Assembly (NCBI GenBank): GCA_964392925.1
Contig: CAYMRP010000003.1
Location: 50,786 to 114,785 of the forward strand
Length of the DNA: 64,000 nucleotides
From: an uncultured Gammaproteobacteria bacterium
Lineage (GTDB): Bacteria; Patescibacteriota; Microgenomatia; Daviesbacterales; UBA10151
Direction: 5' to 3'
The notes under the pieces are model-generated. The model saw only the letters and a list, made by a program, of their open reading frames with translations. It was not told the DNA's origin and ran no database searches. How positions within the stretch are numbered: position 1 is the first letter of the stretch; every line of letters begins with the position of its first letter. The translations under genes were made by a program, and so were the position numbers. Of this stretch, positions 38,311 through 47,978 are shown piece by piece.

Positions 38311-39363
38311 ATGCGTTTGAAATCACTAAATCTTCAAAATTTCCGGAACCTAATTGATACAGAAATTCAATTTGATAAAGAAGTAACTGTTCTAATTGGG
38401 GACAATGCTCAAGGGAAAACTAATTTTTTAGAAAGTGTTTATTTTTTATCAACAGGAAAGCCGATTAAGACCGAAACTGAGGAAGAAGTGATAAAGTTTG
38501 GAGAGGGTTCGGTGAATGTTGAAGGAATTGTAAAAAGTAATAATGAGGAAACCGGTATCTCGACAATTATACAAAGCATTAATTCTAGTCTGAGGAAAAG
38601 GTTTTTGGTTAATGGAATTCCCCGGCGACTTTTAGATTACTCAGGAAATCTGGTGGCGGTTTTTTTTAGGCCGGAGGATATTGATTTAATTACAGGGTCT
38701 CCAAGTATTAGGCGAGAATATATTGATCAAACAATTGGTCAAATAGATAGAGATTATCGAAAGACTCTAAGCGCATACCAGAAAGTTATTACCCAGAGAA
38801 ATAAGTTATTAAAGTCGATAAGAGAAGGGGTGTCGAAGACTGATGAACTGGATTTTTGGAATGATCAGCAGCTTAAATTAGGGACTGCGTTGCAAGAGAA
38901 AAGACAAAGCTTTTTTGAAGTGATAAATTCTTTCGGCCGGAAGTTTGGCGATTTTGAATATAGATATATTCCTAATTTGATTTCGGGGAACAGGCTTAAA
39001 GAAATAAATCCCCGTGAGATTCAGGCAGCTGTTTCTTTAATTGGTCCGCATAGAGATGATTTTATTTTTTTCTTAGGGGAAAAAGATTTAGCAAAGTACG
39101 GATCAAGAGGTGAGCAAAGAACTGCAGTACTTGATTTAAAAATAACAGAGCTTTCATTTTTTGAAAATATTTTAGGAGAGCGGCCGGTTCTTTTGTTGGA
39201 TGATATTTTCTCAGAGCTAGATGATTCTCATCGTCAACATGTTTTAGATTTGGCTAAACTTCAGCAAACTATAATTGCAACTGTTGAATATGACGACTAT
39301 TTAAAACAGGCTTTGGAGACGAGTCAGGTTTTTAGAGTGAAATCCGGAGTGATATCAGAATAG
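38311..39363 (+). CDS. recF: DNA replication/repair protein RecF
   Basis: NFRN, GDNAQGKTN, GPHRDD, SRGEQR, LLLDDIFSELD. Confidence 0.96.
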   Translation: MRLKSLNLQNFRNLIDTEIQFDKEVTVLIGDNAQGKTNFLESVYFLSTGKPIKTETEEEVIKFGEGSVNVEGIVKSNNEETGISTIIQSINSSLRKRFLVNGIPRRLLDYSGNLVAVFFRPEDIDLITGSPSIRREYIDQTIGQIDRDYRKTLSAYQKVITQRNKLLKSIREGVSKTDELDFWNDQQLKLGTALQEKRQSFFEVINSFGRKFGDFEYRYIPNLISGNRLKEINPREIQAAVSLIGPHRDDFIFFLGEKDLAKYGSRGEQRTAVLDLKITELSFFENILGERPVLLLDDIFSELDDSHRQHVLDLAKLQQTIIATVEYDDYLKQALETSQVFRVKSGVISE

Positions 39364-39663
39364 TTAGTTTCTATTCTCTAACTTTGATCTGATTTGAGAA
39401 AGCTGATAGGTGATAATTACAGCTAGCAGAGTAACAATGATTGCATAAAAGAATTTGTAGTAGATGGCGGTGTCTGGGAAGTAGGGCTGAATGAATTGAT
39501 CAACAAATGTTTTAATGGCTTCGTTCCAAGCGAGGGCCGCAACCAGACCAAATGCTGCGGTAGATAGAGTTAGCATTTGTTCGAGCAGCTCTTTCTTAAA
39601 ACTTTTCTTTTCAGCAGCTGTTGGCTCATCTGATTTTCTTGCCTGTTTTCTTTTCTTCGCCAT
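39364..39663 (-). CDS. DUF5654-like small membrane protein
   Basis: TAAFGLVAALAWNEAI motif. Confidence 0.8.
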   Translation of the reverse strand: MAKKRKQARKSDEPTAAEKKSFKKELLEQMLTLSTAAFGLVAALAWNEAIKTFVDQFIQPYFPDTAIYYKFFYAIIVTLLAVIITYQLSQIRSKLENRN

Positions 39664-39708
39664 AAGAGTATTATCTCATAGCTTAGTAATAGCTTCAACT
39701 TTTAGTAA

Positions 39709-39848
39709 TTGACAGGAAAGACTAAAGCTATTAAGATTCCTATAATTTTGCAGTGAAAAAATGTAAGTTAGGGTTTAATTTATGAACTTAGGGGCAGGTG
39801 CTAATAATTTAAATAGGTAGATAATCCACCAGCGGGTGGATTTTTTTT
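39709..39848 (+). promoter_or_regulatory. carAB promoter with leader terminator (attenuator-like)
   Basis: TTGACA (39709)-N17-TAAGAT; 12-aa leader ORF 39782-39820; AATCCACC-AGCG-GGTGGATT plus T run ending 6 nt before carA ATG. Confidence 0.65.
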
Positions 39849-39854
39849 AAAAAT

Positions 39855-40904
39855 ATGACAAAACTGATATTGACCGATGGGAGTACATACGAAGGTGAAT
39901 CTTTTGGGGCGGATGTTGATTCGTCGGGGGAAGTTGTTTTTAATACGGGAATGGCCGGCTATCCTGAGTCTTTGACTGATCCTTCATATTTTGGGCAAAT
40001 TTTAGTACTAACATATCCGATTGTAGGAAATTATGGAGTTCCGCCGAGGGAATATTTTGAATCGCATAAAATTTGGATAAAGGGATTAATTGTTCAAAAT
40101 TATATTGATAAGCCATCACATTTTGAGAGTCTAAAAACTTTAGGAGAATGGATGAAAGAAGAAGGGATTCCCGGGGTCTCGGGAGTTGATACAAGAGCTT
40201 TAACTTTAAAACTTCGACATCATGGGGTGATGCTAGGGAAAATTGTATCAAGTATCAAGGGTCAGGTATCAGGGAAAAAACAGTATGATCCGAATTTGCA
40301 GAATGTTTTACCGGAAGTTTCCAGAAAAACGGTGGAGGTTTATGGTGATGGTAAAAAATCAATTGTTTTAATTGACTGTGGTGATAAAGAAAATATTATC
40401 AGGTCGTTTGTTAAAAGAAATGTTAAAGTGCAGGTTGTTCCCTGGGACTTTAATCCAATTAAAGAGGGGTTAAAGTTTGACGGGGTGATGATTTCGAATG
40501 GGCCCGGAGATCCGAAATTGGCCAAAGCCACAATTGGAAATATTAAAGAATTGTTAAAGAGGGGAATTCCAACATTTGGAATTTGTTTGGGATCTCAACT
40601 TTTGGCTTTAGCATCTGGTGCTGATACTTACAAATTAAAATTTGGACATAGAGGTCAAAATCAGCCGGTATTTGATGTGATAAATAAAAAAGCTTTAATC
40701 ACCTCACAGAATCATGGATTTGCAGTTGATACTAAAACATTAAAGCCCGGTTGGGTTGAATGGTTTAAGAATTTAAATGACGGGACTAATGAAGGAATCA
40801 GACATACGACGAAACCTTTTATGTCGATACAATTTCATCCAGAAGCTTCTCCAGGACCAATTGATGCAGACTATTTATTTGATGAATTTTTAACATACCT
40901 ATGA
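39855..40904 (+). CDS. carA: Carbamoyl-phosphate synthase small subunit
   Basis: GEVVFNTGM, LTDPSY, SNGPGDP, FGICLG, QFHPE. Confidence 0.96.
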   Translation: MTKLILTDGSTYEGESFGADVDSSGEVVFNTGMAGYPESLTDPSYFGQILVLTYPIVGNYGVPPREYFESHKIWIKGLIVQNYIDKPSHFESLKTLGEWMKEEGIPGVSGVDTRALTLKLRHHGVMLGKIVSSIKGQVSGKKQYDPNLQNVLPEVSRKTVEVYGDGKKSIVLIDCGDKENIIRSFVKRNVKVQVVPWDFNPIKEGLKFDGVMISNGPGDPKLAKATIGNIKELLKRGIPTFGICLGSQLLALASGADTYKLKFGHRGQNQPVFDVINKKALITSQNHGFAVDTKTLKPGWVEWFKNLNDGTNEGIRHTTKPFMSIQFHPEASPGPIDADYLFDEFLTYL

Positions 40905-43900
40905 TAAATAAGAATCAAGAATCGGGAATCAAGAGTCAAGATAATAAAGTAAGTAAAGTTTTATTACTCGGATCTGGTGCACTAAAAATAGGACAGGCTG
41001 GTGAGTTTGATTACTCGGGATCTCAGGCTTTAAAAGCCCTAAAAGAAGAGGGAGTTTATACAATTTTAGTTAATCCAAATATAGCGACAATTCAGACCTC
41101 AAAAGATTTAGCTGATAAAATTTATTTTCTTCCGGTTGATCCATACTTTATTACAGAAATTATTAAGAAGGAAAAACCAGATGGGATAATGTTGTCATTT
41201 GGTGGTCAGACTGCTTTAAACTGCGGATTAGAGCTTGATAAGAATGGGATTTTGAAAAAGTATAAAGTAAAAGTTTTAGGAACTCCAGTTAAGAGCATTG
41301 AAGTGACAGAAGACAGGGAATTGTTTGCACAGCAGCTTGACTCGATAGGGATAAAAACTCCAAGCGGAGGGTTTGCGAGAAACGCAAAGCAGGCGATGGT
41401 GTTAGCGAAAAAACTAGGATTTCCTTTGATGATTAGGTCCGGTTTTTCCTTAGGAGGACTGGGATCTATGGTGGTTGAAGATATGCCTCAATTTGAGAAA
41501 GCGATAGAGGTGGCGTTTGCGAATGCTCCGCAAATTTCAGTAGAAGAATATTTAAGGCATTGGAAAGAAATTGAGTACGAAATTGTTAGAGATAAAAATG
41601 GATTTAAAATTACAGTTTGCAATATGGAGAACTTTGATCCGTTGGGAGTCCATACCGGGGAGAGTATTGTGGTTGCACCATCGCAAACTTTAAATAACTA
41701 TCAATATCATTTCTTAAGAAAAATTTCGTTAAAGGTTATAGAGCATTTAAAGATTGTTGGAGAATGTAATATTCAGTTTGCACTCGATCCGGTTTCTAAT
41801 GATTATAGAGTGATTGAGGTTAATGCAAGATTATCAAGATCATCGGCTTTGGCTTCTAAAGCGACTGGGTATCCTTTGGCTTATGTTGCCGCAAAACTGG
41901 CTATGGGAGCTGATTTAACTGAACTCCGAAATGCAGTTACTAAAAAAACTTCGGCTTTTTTTGAGCCGGCTCTTGATTACATTGTTTTAAAAATGCCGAG
42001 ATGGGATTTGCAAAAATTTGAAGGCAGTTTGAATCAAATTGGTTCGGAGATGAAATCAGTGGGAGAGGTTATGAGTATTGGCCGGTCTTTCCCTGAGGTT
42101 TTACAGAAAGCCGTCAGGATGCTGGAAACAGGGCAGGATGGATTGTTGGGAGGGTCAAGTATCAAGAGTCAGGTATCAAGGGTTCTAACCCCTCACACCA
42201 AAAGACTATTTGATTTGGCCAATAGTTTTGTCGGAGGTTTTTCTGTAGATGAAATTTACAGCAAGACAGGGATTGATAAATGGTTTTTATATCAAGTTGA
42301 AGAGATTGCCAAATTTGAGGATTCATTAAGAAGTAAAAAGATTAGCAGGACAAAAGAGATACTTTTGAAGGCAAAGAAGTTAGGATTTTCAGATCAGTTA
42401 GTAGGTTTGGGATTTGGAATTAATGAAAATGAAGTGAGGATTTTAAGAAAGAAATGGGGAGTTATGCCAGTTGTTAAACAAATTGATACTTTAGCTGGAG
42501 AGTTTCCGGCAGAGACCAATTATTTGTATTTGACATATCACGGGAGTGAATCTGAAGCTGGTGATGTAAAGGGGTCTAAGAATAAGGCAATTGTTTTAGG
42601 GTCAGGACCGTATAGGATTGGATCATCGGTTGAATTTGATTGGGGAGCAGTGACGGCGGCAAATACTTTGAGGGATAAAAAATACCAAACAATTATTATT
42701 AATTGTAATCCGGAAACTGTTTCGACTGATTTTGATAACGCAGATAAATTATATTTTGAGGAACTATCTTTTGAGAGGGTGGCAGATATTTATGAAATCG
42801 AGGAAACTGCAAAACTAGTTTTGGCTTTTGGGGGACAGGTGCCAAATAATTTGGCGCTGAAAGCATTCAAATACGGAATGAATATTTTTGGCACAAGTCC
42901 TGAGGATATTGATAAGGCAGAAAACAGGAAGAAATTTTCTGGGCTGCTTGATGATTTAGAAATAAGTCAGCCAGAATGGGGAAGTTTTGATGATACTGAG
43001 AAAGCATTAAAGTTTGCTAAAAAGACAGGCTATCCGGTTTTGGTCAGGCCATCGTATGTTTTATCGGGTGCAGCGATGAATGTTGCTAATTCAGCAACAG
43101 AATTAAAACATTTCTTGGGGAATGCAGCTGAAGTATCAGGAGATTATCCGGTGGTTGTTTCAAAATTTATCATTAATGCTAAGGAGATTGAGATTGATGG
43201 GGTCGGACAAAGAGGTGAATTAAAATTATATGCGATTTCTGAGCATATCGAGAATGCAGGAGTTCACTCAGGAGACGCAACGCTTGTTTTGCCGCCGCAA
43301 AGGCTCTATTTGGAAACAATCAGACAAATTAAGAATGCGACCAAAAAAATTATTAGAAAACTAAATATAACCGGACCTTTTAATATTCAGTTTATGGCCA
43401 AGGATAATAATGTATTAGTGATTGAGCTTAATTTGCGGTCTTCAAGATCTCTACCATTTGTATCAAAAGTGACAAACATAAATTTTGCAGAGAAAGCGAT
43501 GCTGGCAATGCTGGGGGAGGATATCTCGGCTGATTATGAAACTTTAGAATTGGATTATGTGGGAGTGAAAGTTCCGCAGTTTTCATTCAATAGAATAAAA
43601 GGTGCCGACCCAAAGTTAAGAGTTGAAATGTCTTCGACTGGTGAGGTTGGGGTATTTGGAGAAAATCTGGAGGAAGCATATTTAAAGGCAATGTTGGCTA
43701 CTGGATGGAATTGGCCGAAGAAAAATGTATTTGTTTCAATTGGAGGGGATGAAAATAAGATTGAGTTTTTGGAGTCAGTCAGAAAACTAAGTAAGCTGGG
43801 GCTTAATATATATGCAACAGATAAGACTTCTAAGTTCTTAAGTGAGAGCGGCGTTAAGAATAGTCGGGTTAGTAAGATCTCGGAGAACGCTAATTCATCT

Positions 43901-44149
43901 GTTTTGGATTTAATTAGAGAGGGCAAAATTGAGCTGGCTATTAACATCTCTGACACCAGTGAGAGTACACAAGGCTTATCGGCTGGTAAAGATTCTCAAG
44001 ATGGATTTTTAATTAGACGGAACTGTATTGATTACTCGGTGCCGTTGGTGACTAATTTGCAAACGGCGATTGTTTTAGCTTCAGCACTTGCTACTAATAA
44101 GTTAGAAGATCTTAAAATTAAAGCCTGGGATGAATATAAAGAGTCATAA
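40901..44149 (+). CDS. carB: Carbamoyl-phosphate synthase large subunit
   Basis: IGQAGEFDYSG, GVHTGES, EVNARLSRSS, NCNPETVSTD, GVHSGD, MGS domain. Confidence 0.97.
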   Translation: MINKNQESGIKSQDNKVSKVLLLGSGALKIGQAGEFDYSGSQALKALKEEGVYTILVNPNIATIQTSKDLADKIYFLPVDPYFITEIIKKEKPDGIMLSFGGQTALNCGLELDKNGILKKYKVKVLGTPVKSIEVTEDRELFAQQLDSIGIKTPSGGFARNAKQAMVLAKKLGFPLMIRSGFSLGGLGSMVVEDMPQFEKAIEVAFANAPQISVEEYLRHWKEIEYEIVRDKNGFKITVCNMENFDPLGVHTGESIVVAPSQTLNNYQYHFLRKISLKVIEHLKIVGECNIQFALDPVSNDYRVIEVNARLSRSSALASKATGYPLAYVAAKLAMGADLTELRNAVTKKTSAFFEPALDYIVLKMPRWDLQKFEGSLNQIGSEMKSVGEVMSIGRSFPEVLQKAVRMLETGQDGLLGGSSIKSQVSRVLTPHTKRLFDLANSFVGGFSVDEIYSKTGIDKWFLYQVEEIAKFEDSLRSKKISRTKEILLKAKKLGFSDQLVGLGFGINENEVRILRKKWGVMPVVKQIDTLAGEFPAETNYLYLTYHGSESEAGDVKGSKNKAIVLGSGPYRIGSSVEFDWGAVTAANTLRDKKYQTIIINCNPETVSTDFDNADKLYFEELSFERVADIYEIEETAKLVLAFGGQVPNNLALKAFKYGMNIFGTSPEDIDKAENRKKFSGLLDDLEISQPEWGSFDDTEKALKFAKKTGYPVLVRPSYVLSGAAMNVANSATELKHFLGNAAEVSGDYPVVVSKFIINAKEIEIDGVGQRGELKLYAISEHIENAGVHSGDATLVLPPQRLYLETIRQIKNATKKIIRKLNITGPFNIQFMAKDNNVLVIELNLRSSRSLPFVSKVTNINFAEKAMLAMLGEDISADYETLELDYVGVKVPQFSFNRIKGADPKLRVEMSSTGEVGVFGENLEEAYLKAMLATGWNWPKKNVFVSIGGDENKIEFLESVRKLSKLGLNIYATDKTSKFLSESGVKNSRVSKISENANSSVLDLIREGKIELAINISDTSESTQGLSAGKDSQDGFLIRRNCIDYSVPLVTNLQTAIVLASALATNKLEDLKIKAWDEYKES

Positions 44150-44192
44150 TCTATACAATCTGCGTTAAATCTGCGACAATTATGCGGTAATT
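44148..44192 (+). repeat. Degenerate 10-11-mer tandem repeat after carB stop
   Basis: AATCTATAC AATCTGCGTTA AATCTGCGAC AATTATGCGGT AATT. Confidence 0.6.
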
Positions 44193-44233
44193 AATTTATG
44201 GAGGTATTTTCTGTTAATTGATTCTAGAAGAAG

Positions 44234-45313
44234 ATGTTTGTTCCTAAATATACAATCACTAATTCAATATTAAAGAATGTCGGGATAATTGATGCTTCGA
44301 GAGAGGTTATTATGAATGCTCCTCTGATACCCGCCTGGGAGGCTAAATTTAAGAAAGAGGCGATTGAGAGGACTGTACATCACGGGACGCATCTTGAGGG
44401 GAATAGATTAACGGATGAAGAGGTTAAAGATGTGCTTGACGGTAAAGAGGTTTTAGCGAGGGAACGGGACATTCAGGAAATTATTAATTACCGCAATGTA
44501 TTGAAATTTATTGATTCAATTGCTGAGCAAATGAAAAATTCAAAGAACTACTTTCTAACAATGGAAGGACTGCTGGAAATACATAGAATAACAACGGATA
44601 GGATTTTACCGCAGGAATCGTGCGGTAAATTTAGAAAAAGCCAGGTAGTTATTAAAAATGCCCAAACTGGTCAAATTTCTTATACTCCGCCGCCTGCTGC
44701 AGAAGTGTCTTATTTAGTTGAGGACTTAATAAATTGGATTAATGATTCAGAAGTTAAAGATATGCATCCGGCAATAAAGGCAGGAATAATTCATTATGAG
44801 GTTTCCAGAATTCATCCTTTTTTAGATGGCAATGGAAGAACAGGGAGGGCGGCTGCAACTTTGATTATGTTTTTGGATGGTTATGATATAAGAAAGTTTT
44901 TTTCTTTGGAGGAGTATTTTGACGAGAATCCGATGGATTATTATTTAACCCTTCAGAAGGTGTCGAATCAGTTAGTGCTGGATACACATGAGAGAGATTT
45001 AACGCCTTGGTTGGAGTATTTTATAAAAGGTGTGGCGATAGAACTTAACAGGGTGAAAGACCGGGTGAGAAGAGTTTCAACAGATGCGAGAATTAAGAAT
45101 CAGCTGGGAGCGCAAATAGAGTTGAATGAGAGACAAATGTTGATAATGGAATATTTACATAGACACGGCAGTATGCAAAATAAAGATTTTAGAAAGATTT
45201 TTCCGGACTTTTCAGACGATACAGTTTTAAGAGAGATGCGGTTTCTTAAGAAAAAAGGGCTTATCAAAAAAGTGGGTGGAACTAAAAAAGCAAAGTATTT
45301 ATTAGATAAATAG
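44234..45313 (+). CDS. Fic family protein with C-terminal wHTH
   Basis: HPFLDGNGRTGR canonical Fic motif; THLEGN N-terminal helix; LNERQ..DTVLRE..LKKKGLI. Confidence 0.92.
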   Translation: MFVPKYTITNSILKNVGIIDASREVIMNAPLIPAWEAKFKKEAIERTVHHGTHLEGNRLTDEEVKDVLDGKEVLARERDIQEIINYRNVLKFIDSIAEQMKNSKNYFLTMEGLLEIHRITTDRILPQESCGKFRKSQVVIKNAQTGQISYTPPPAAEVSYLVEDLINWINDSEVKDMHPAIKAGIIHYEVSRIHPFLDGNGRTGRAAATLIMFLDGYDIRKFFSLEEYFDENPMDYYLTLQKVSNQLVLDTHERDLTPWLEYFIKGVAIELNRVKDRVRRVSTDARIKNQLGAQIELNERQMLIMEYLHRHGSMQNKDFRKIFPDFSDDTVLREMRFLKKKGLIKKVGGTKKAKYLLDK

Positions 45314-45340
45314 GTACCATATGTATCAAAAGTATCAAAG
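45314..45340 (+). repeat. 9-mer tandem repeat x3 after Fic stop
   Basis: GTACCATAT GTATCAAAA GTATCAAAG. Confidence 0.65.
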
Positions 45341-45349
45341 GGAGAGCGC

Positions 45350-46027
45350 ATGATTTATCTGCTTACTATATTTTTAGAGCTTACTGTATTACTTCTTTTT
45401 TCGATGATTATTCCGAGTTTGTTAACTCAAATTTTTTACTATTTCACCAAATCACATAAAGTTTCTGTTTGGATATTATCGTTAATTGTTTTACCAGGAA
45501 CTTTTGTTCATGAGATGGCGCATCTTTTGAGTGCCGGAGCAATGCTTGTTAGAGTTGGAGATATAAGTTTGATGCCGGAAATTAGAGAACATGGGGTAAA
45601 GCTGGGACACGTTGAAATCGAGAAAACGGATTTTTTTAGGCGAGCAATAATCGGCTTTGCACCGGTTTTCTTTGGAATGGCAATACTTGTCGGCGGAGTT
45701 TGGCTGGCTGATGATAGATTTTTTAGTCAAGGTAATTATCCAATTTGGCTCGTAATAACTTTATTTTATCTGGTGGTGGTTATTGGAAATACGATGTTTT
45801 CGAGTAAGAAGGATTTAGAAGGGACTTTAGGGTTTGTGGTGCTAATGGTCTCTGTTGTTGGCGCTATGTACTTTTTGGGGTTAAATCAGATATTTAGTTA
45901 TATTCAGAGTATGATTGAAAACCGGATTAGCTTTTTTCAGAATTTTGCTTACTTTTTAGCGATTCCTGTAGTCGGTAATATTTTGGTGTATATTACTGCG
46001 AAATTGTTAGTTCGAAAAATGTATTAA
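45350..46027 (+). CDS. Membrane protein with HExxH motif (M50-like metalloprotease)
   Basis: PGTFVHEMAH, IGFAP, multiple TM. Confidence 0.7.
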   Translation: MIYLLTIFLELTVLLLFSMIIPSLLTQIFYYFTKSHKVSVWILSLIVLPGTFVHEMAHLLSAGAMLVRVGDISLMPEIREHGVKLGHVEIEKTDFFRRAIIGFAPVFFGMAILVGGVWLADDRFFSQGNYPIWLVITLFYLVVVIGNTMFSSKKDLEGTLGFVVLMVSVVGAMYFLGLNQIFSYIQSMIENRISFFQNFAYFLAIPVVGNILVYITAKLLVRKMY

Positions 46028-46049
46028 TGGGGTATTGAGAAACACTAAG

Positions 46050-46121
46050 TAGCAGGGGTGGGGCTCGAACCCACAGCCGCAGCGTTATGAGTGCTGTGCT
46101 CCACCATTGAGCTACCCTGCC
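46050..46121 (-). tRNA. tRNA-Met (CAT), probably elongator
   Basis: Reverse complement GGCAGGG TA GCTC AATGGTG GAGC A CAGCA CT CAT AA CGCTG CGGCT GTGGG TTCGAGC CCCAC CCCTGCT A; no C1:A72 or GGG/CCC initiator marks; Ile2 not fully excluded. Confidence 0.9.
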
Positions 46122-46188
46122 GGATTGAGGCTAATTGTAACAAATCTGAACCTTTCTCACAAACACGTATACTGATAGAATATTCAAA

Positions 46189-46737
46189 ATGCAAAAAGTA
46201 AATCCTTGGAAAAAGTTATCTTCAAGAGCTGTTTATAAGAATGATTGGTTTTCTGTTCGCGAAGATGAAGTAGAAAAGCCGGGGAATAGGACTGGGGTTT
46301 ATGGAGTGGTTGAGACAGATCCGTCTGTTTTTATTGTGGCTATTAACGATCAAGAAGAAGTTTATTTAGTCGGGCTTTTTAGATATCCGGTTTCCCAGTA
46401 TAGTTTAGAAATTCCGGCTGGGAGTTCTGATGGAGAAGATCTACTTGAAGCCGCAAAGAGAGAATTGCTTGAGGAAGCCGGACTTAAAGCACTAAGGTGG
46501 GAGAAAATTGGGAGTTTCATACCGCTTAACGGAATAGCCAATGAAATAAGTAATATTTTTATGGCTAGGGATTTGGAGGAAACAGGCAGCGAACTCGATC
46601 CTAATGAAGGAATTATGGAAGTCAGAAAAGTGCCTTTTGAAAGAGTGTTTGATTTGGTAAGATCTGGGGAGATATCAGATGGGCAAACAATTTCAGCATT
46701 AACGTTGGCTAAGATCCATTTAGGAAAGTGGTCATGA
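46189..46737 (+). CDS. Nudix hydrolase (ADP-ribose pyrophosphatase-like)
   Basis: EIPAG..GEDLLEAAKRELLEEAG Nudix box; ISDGQT. Confidence 0.88.
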   Translation: MQKVNPWKKLSSRAVYKNDWFSVREDEVEKPGNRTGVYGVVETDPSVFIVAINDQEEVYLVGLFRYPVSQYSLEIPAGSSDGEDLLEAAKRELLEEAGLKALRWEKIGSFIPLNGIANEISNIFMARDLEETGSELDPNEGIMEVRKVPFERVFDLVRSGEISDGQTISALTLAKIHLGKWS

Positions 46738-46760
46738 ATTGTTAAATTGCTTCATTGCTA
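46737..46760 (+). repeat. Degenerate octamer repeat x3
   Basis: AATTGTTA AATTGCTT CATTGCTA, starting in the TGA stop. Confidence 0.6.
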
Positions 46761-46776
46761 GAAGCTCAAATATATT

Positions 46777-47973
46777 ATGATTCTATATGAATTTGAAGGA
46801 AAAAAGTTATTAATAGATGCCGGAATTGCAGTTCCCTCCTCGCAACTTATTAGCTCACTAGATGAGGAAGTTTCTTTACAATATCCGCTTGTTTTGAAGG
46901 CGCAAGTTTTATCAGGAAAAAGGGCGGATGCCGGTGGAATATTATTTGCTGAAAATGAAGAAGAGTATAGAAATGGGATTAAGAGGCTCTTGGACTCAGT
47001 TATAAATAAAGAAAAAGTAGAACAGGTTTTAGTTGAGGAGAAGGCAGAAATTGAGAAAGAGTATTATGTTTCAATTTCTTATAACACAGAAACCCGCGGA
47101 GCTGTTTTAACTTTATCTGAATCTGGGGGAACCGGTATCGAGGACAGAGAAGCAAATACGTATAAAGTATCAAGTGTTAAGTATCAAGCCGGCGAGGAAG
47201 CAGTTAAGTTTGATGAACTGGGCAAATTAGAGGGAGTAGATGGAGAGGTTATTAATGATTTAATTAAAATGTTTTTTGATCAGGATTGTTCGCTTTTGGA
47301 AGTTAATCCATTAGTTAAAACCAGATCAGGGGAGTGGATGGCTTTGGACGCAAAAGTAAAATTAGATGACTTTGCAAAACCGAGACACAAGGATGAGTGG
47401 GATTATTCTCCGAGATCAGCTCCAGGTCATACGCCTACCAGAGGCGAAATTGAAGCTAAAAAAATAGATGAAGGTGATTATAGAGGGACTGCTGGTTCTT
47501 CATATTTTGATATTGAGGGTGGTGATATCGCGGTTTTGTCATCCGGAGGGGGTGTTTCTTTGACAGCTTTGGATTCTCTAATTAATTACGGAGGAAAGCC
47601 AGCTAATTTTACTGAATATTCTGGGAATCCACCAAAAGAGAAGGTAGCAAAGCTAACTAAAGTTGTCCTAGATAAGCCTAATATTCATGGCCTTTGGGTT
47701 ATTGGGACTGTTGTTGCGAACTTTACTGATATTTACGAGACGCTATCGGGATTTATTGAAGGATTAAAAGAAACGGAAAAGTTACTGGGCAGGAAATTTG
47801 ATTTTCCAATTGTTATCCGCAGAGGAGGTCCTAGAGTAGAGGAGGCTTATGAGATGTTGAAGAACGTAAAAGAGTTTGATTTTCATTTGCAGGCTGGGGA
47901 GACTTCTATAGCGCAATCGGCGAAGACTATGGCAGAGCTTGCTAAGGAGTATGAATTAAGAATTAAGGGCTAA
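46777..47973 (+). CDS. ATP-citrate lyase beta-like / citryl-CoA synthetase large subunit (ATP-grasp plus citrate-binding domain)
   Basis: LYEFEGK, LKAQV..GKR, LEVNPL; ACL-type GGGVS, ANFTEYSGNP, VANFTDI, IRRGGP. Confidence 0.8.
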   Translation: MILYEFEGKKLLIDAGIAVPSSQLISSLDEEVSLQYPLVLKAQVLSGKRADAGGILFAENEEEYRNGIKRLLDSVINKEKVEQVLVEEKAEIEKEYYVSISYNTETRGAVLTLSESGGTGIEDREANTYKVSSVKYQAGEEAVKFDELGKLEGVDGEVINDLIKMFFDQDCSLLEVNPLVKTRSGEWMALDAKVKLDDFAKPRHKDEWDYSPRSAPGHTPTRGEIEAKKIDEGDYRGTAGSSYFDIEGGDIAVLSSGGGVSLTALDSLINYGGKPANFTEYSGNPPKEKVAKLTKVVLDKPNIHGLWVIGTVVANFTDIYETLSGFIEGLKETEKLLGRKFDFPIVIRRGGPRVEEAYEMLKNVKEFDFHLQAGETSIAQSAKTMAELAKEYELRIKG

Positions 47974-47978
47974 GTATT

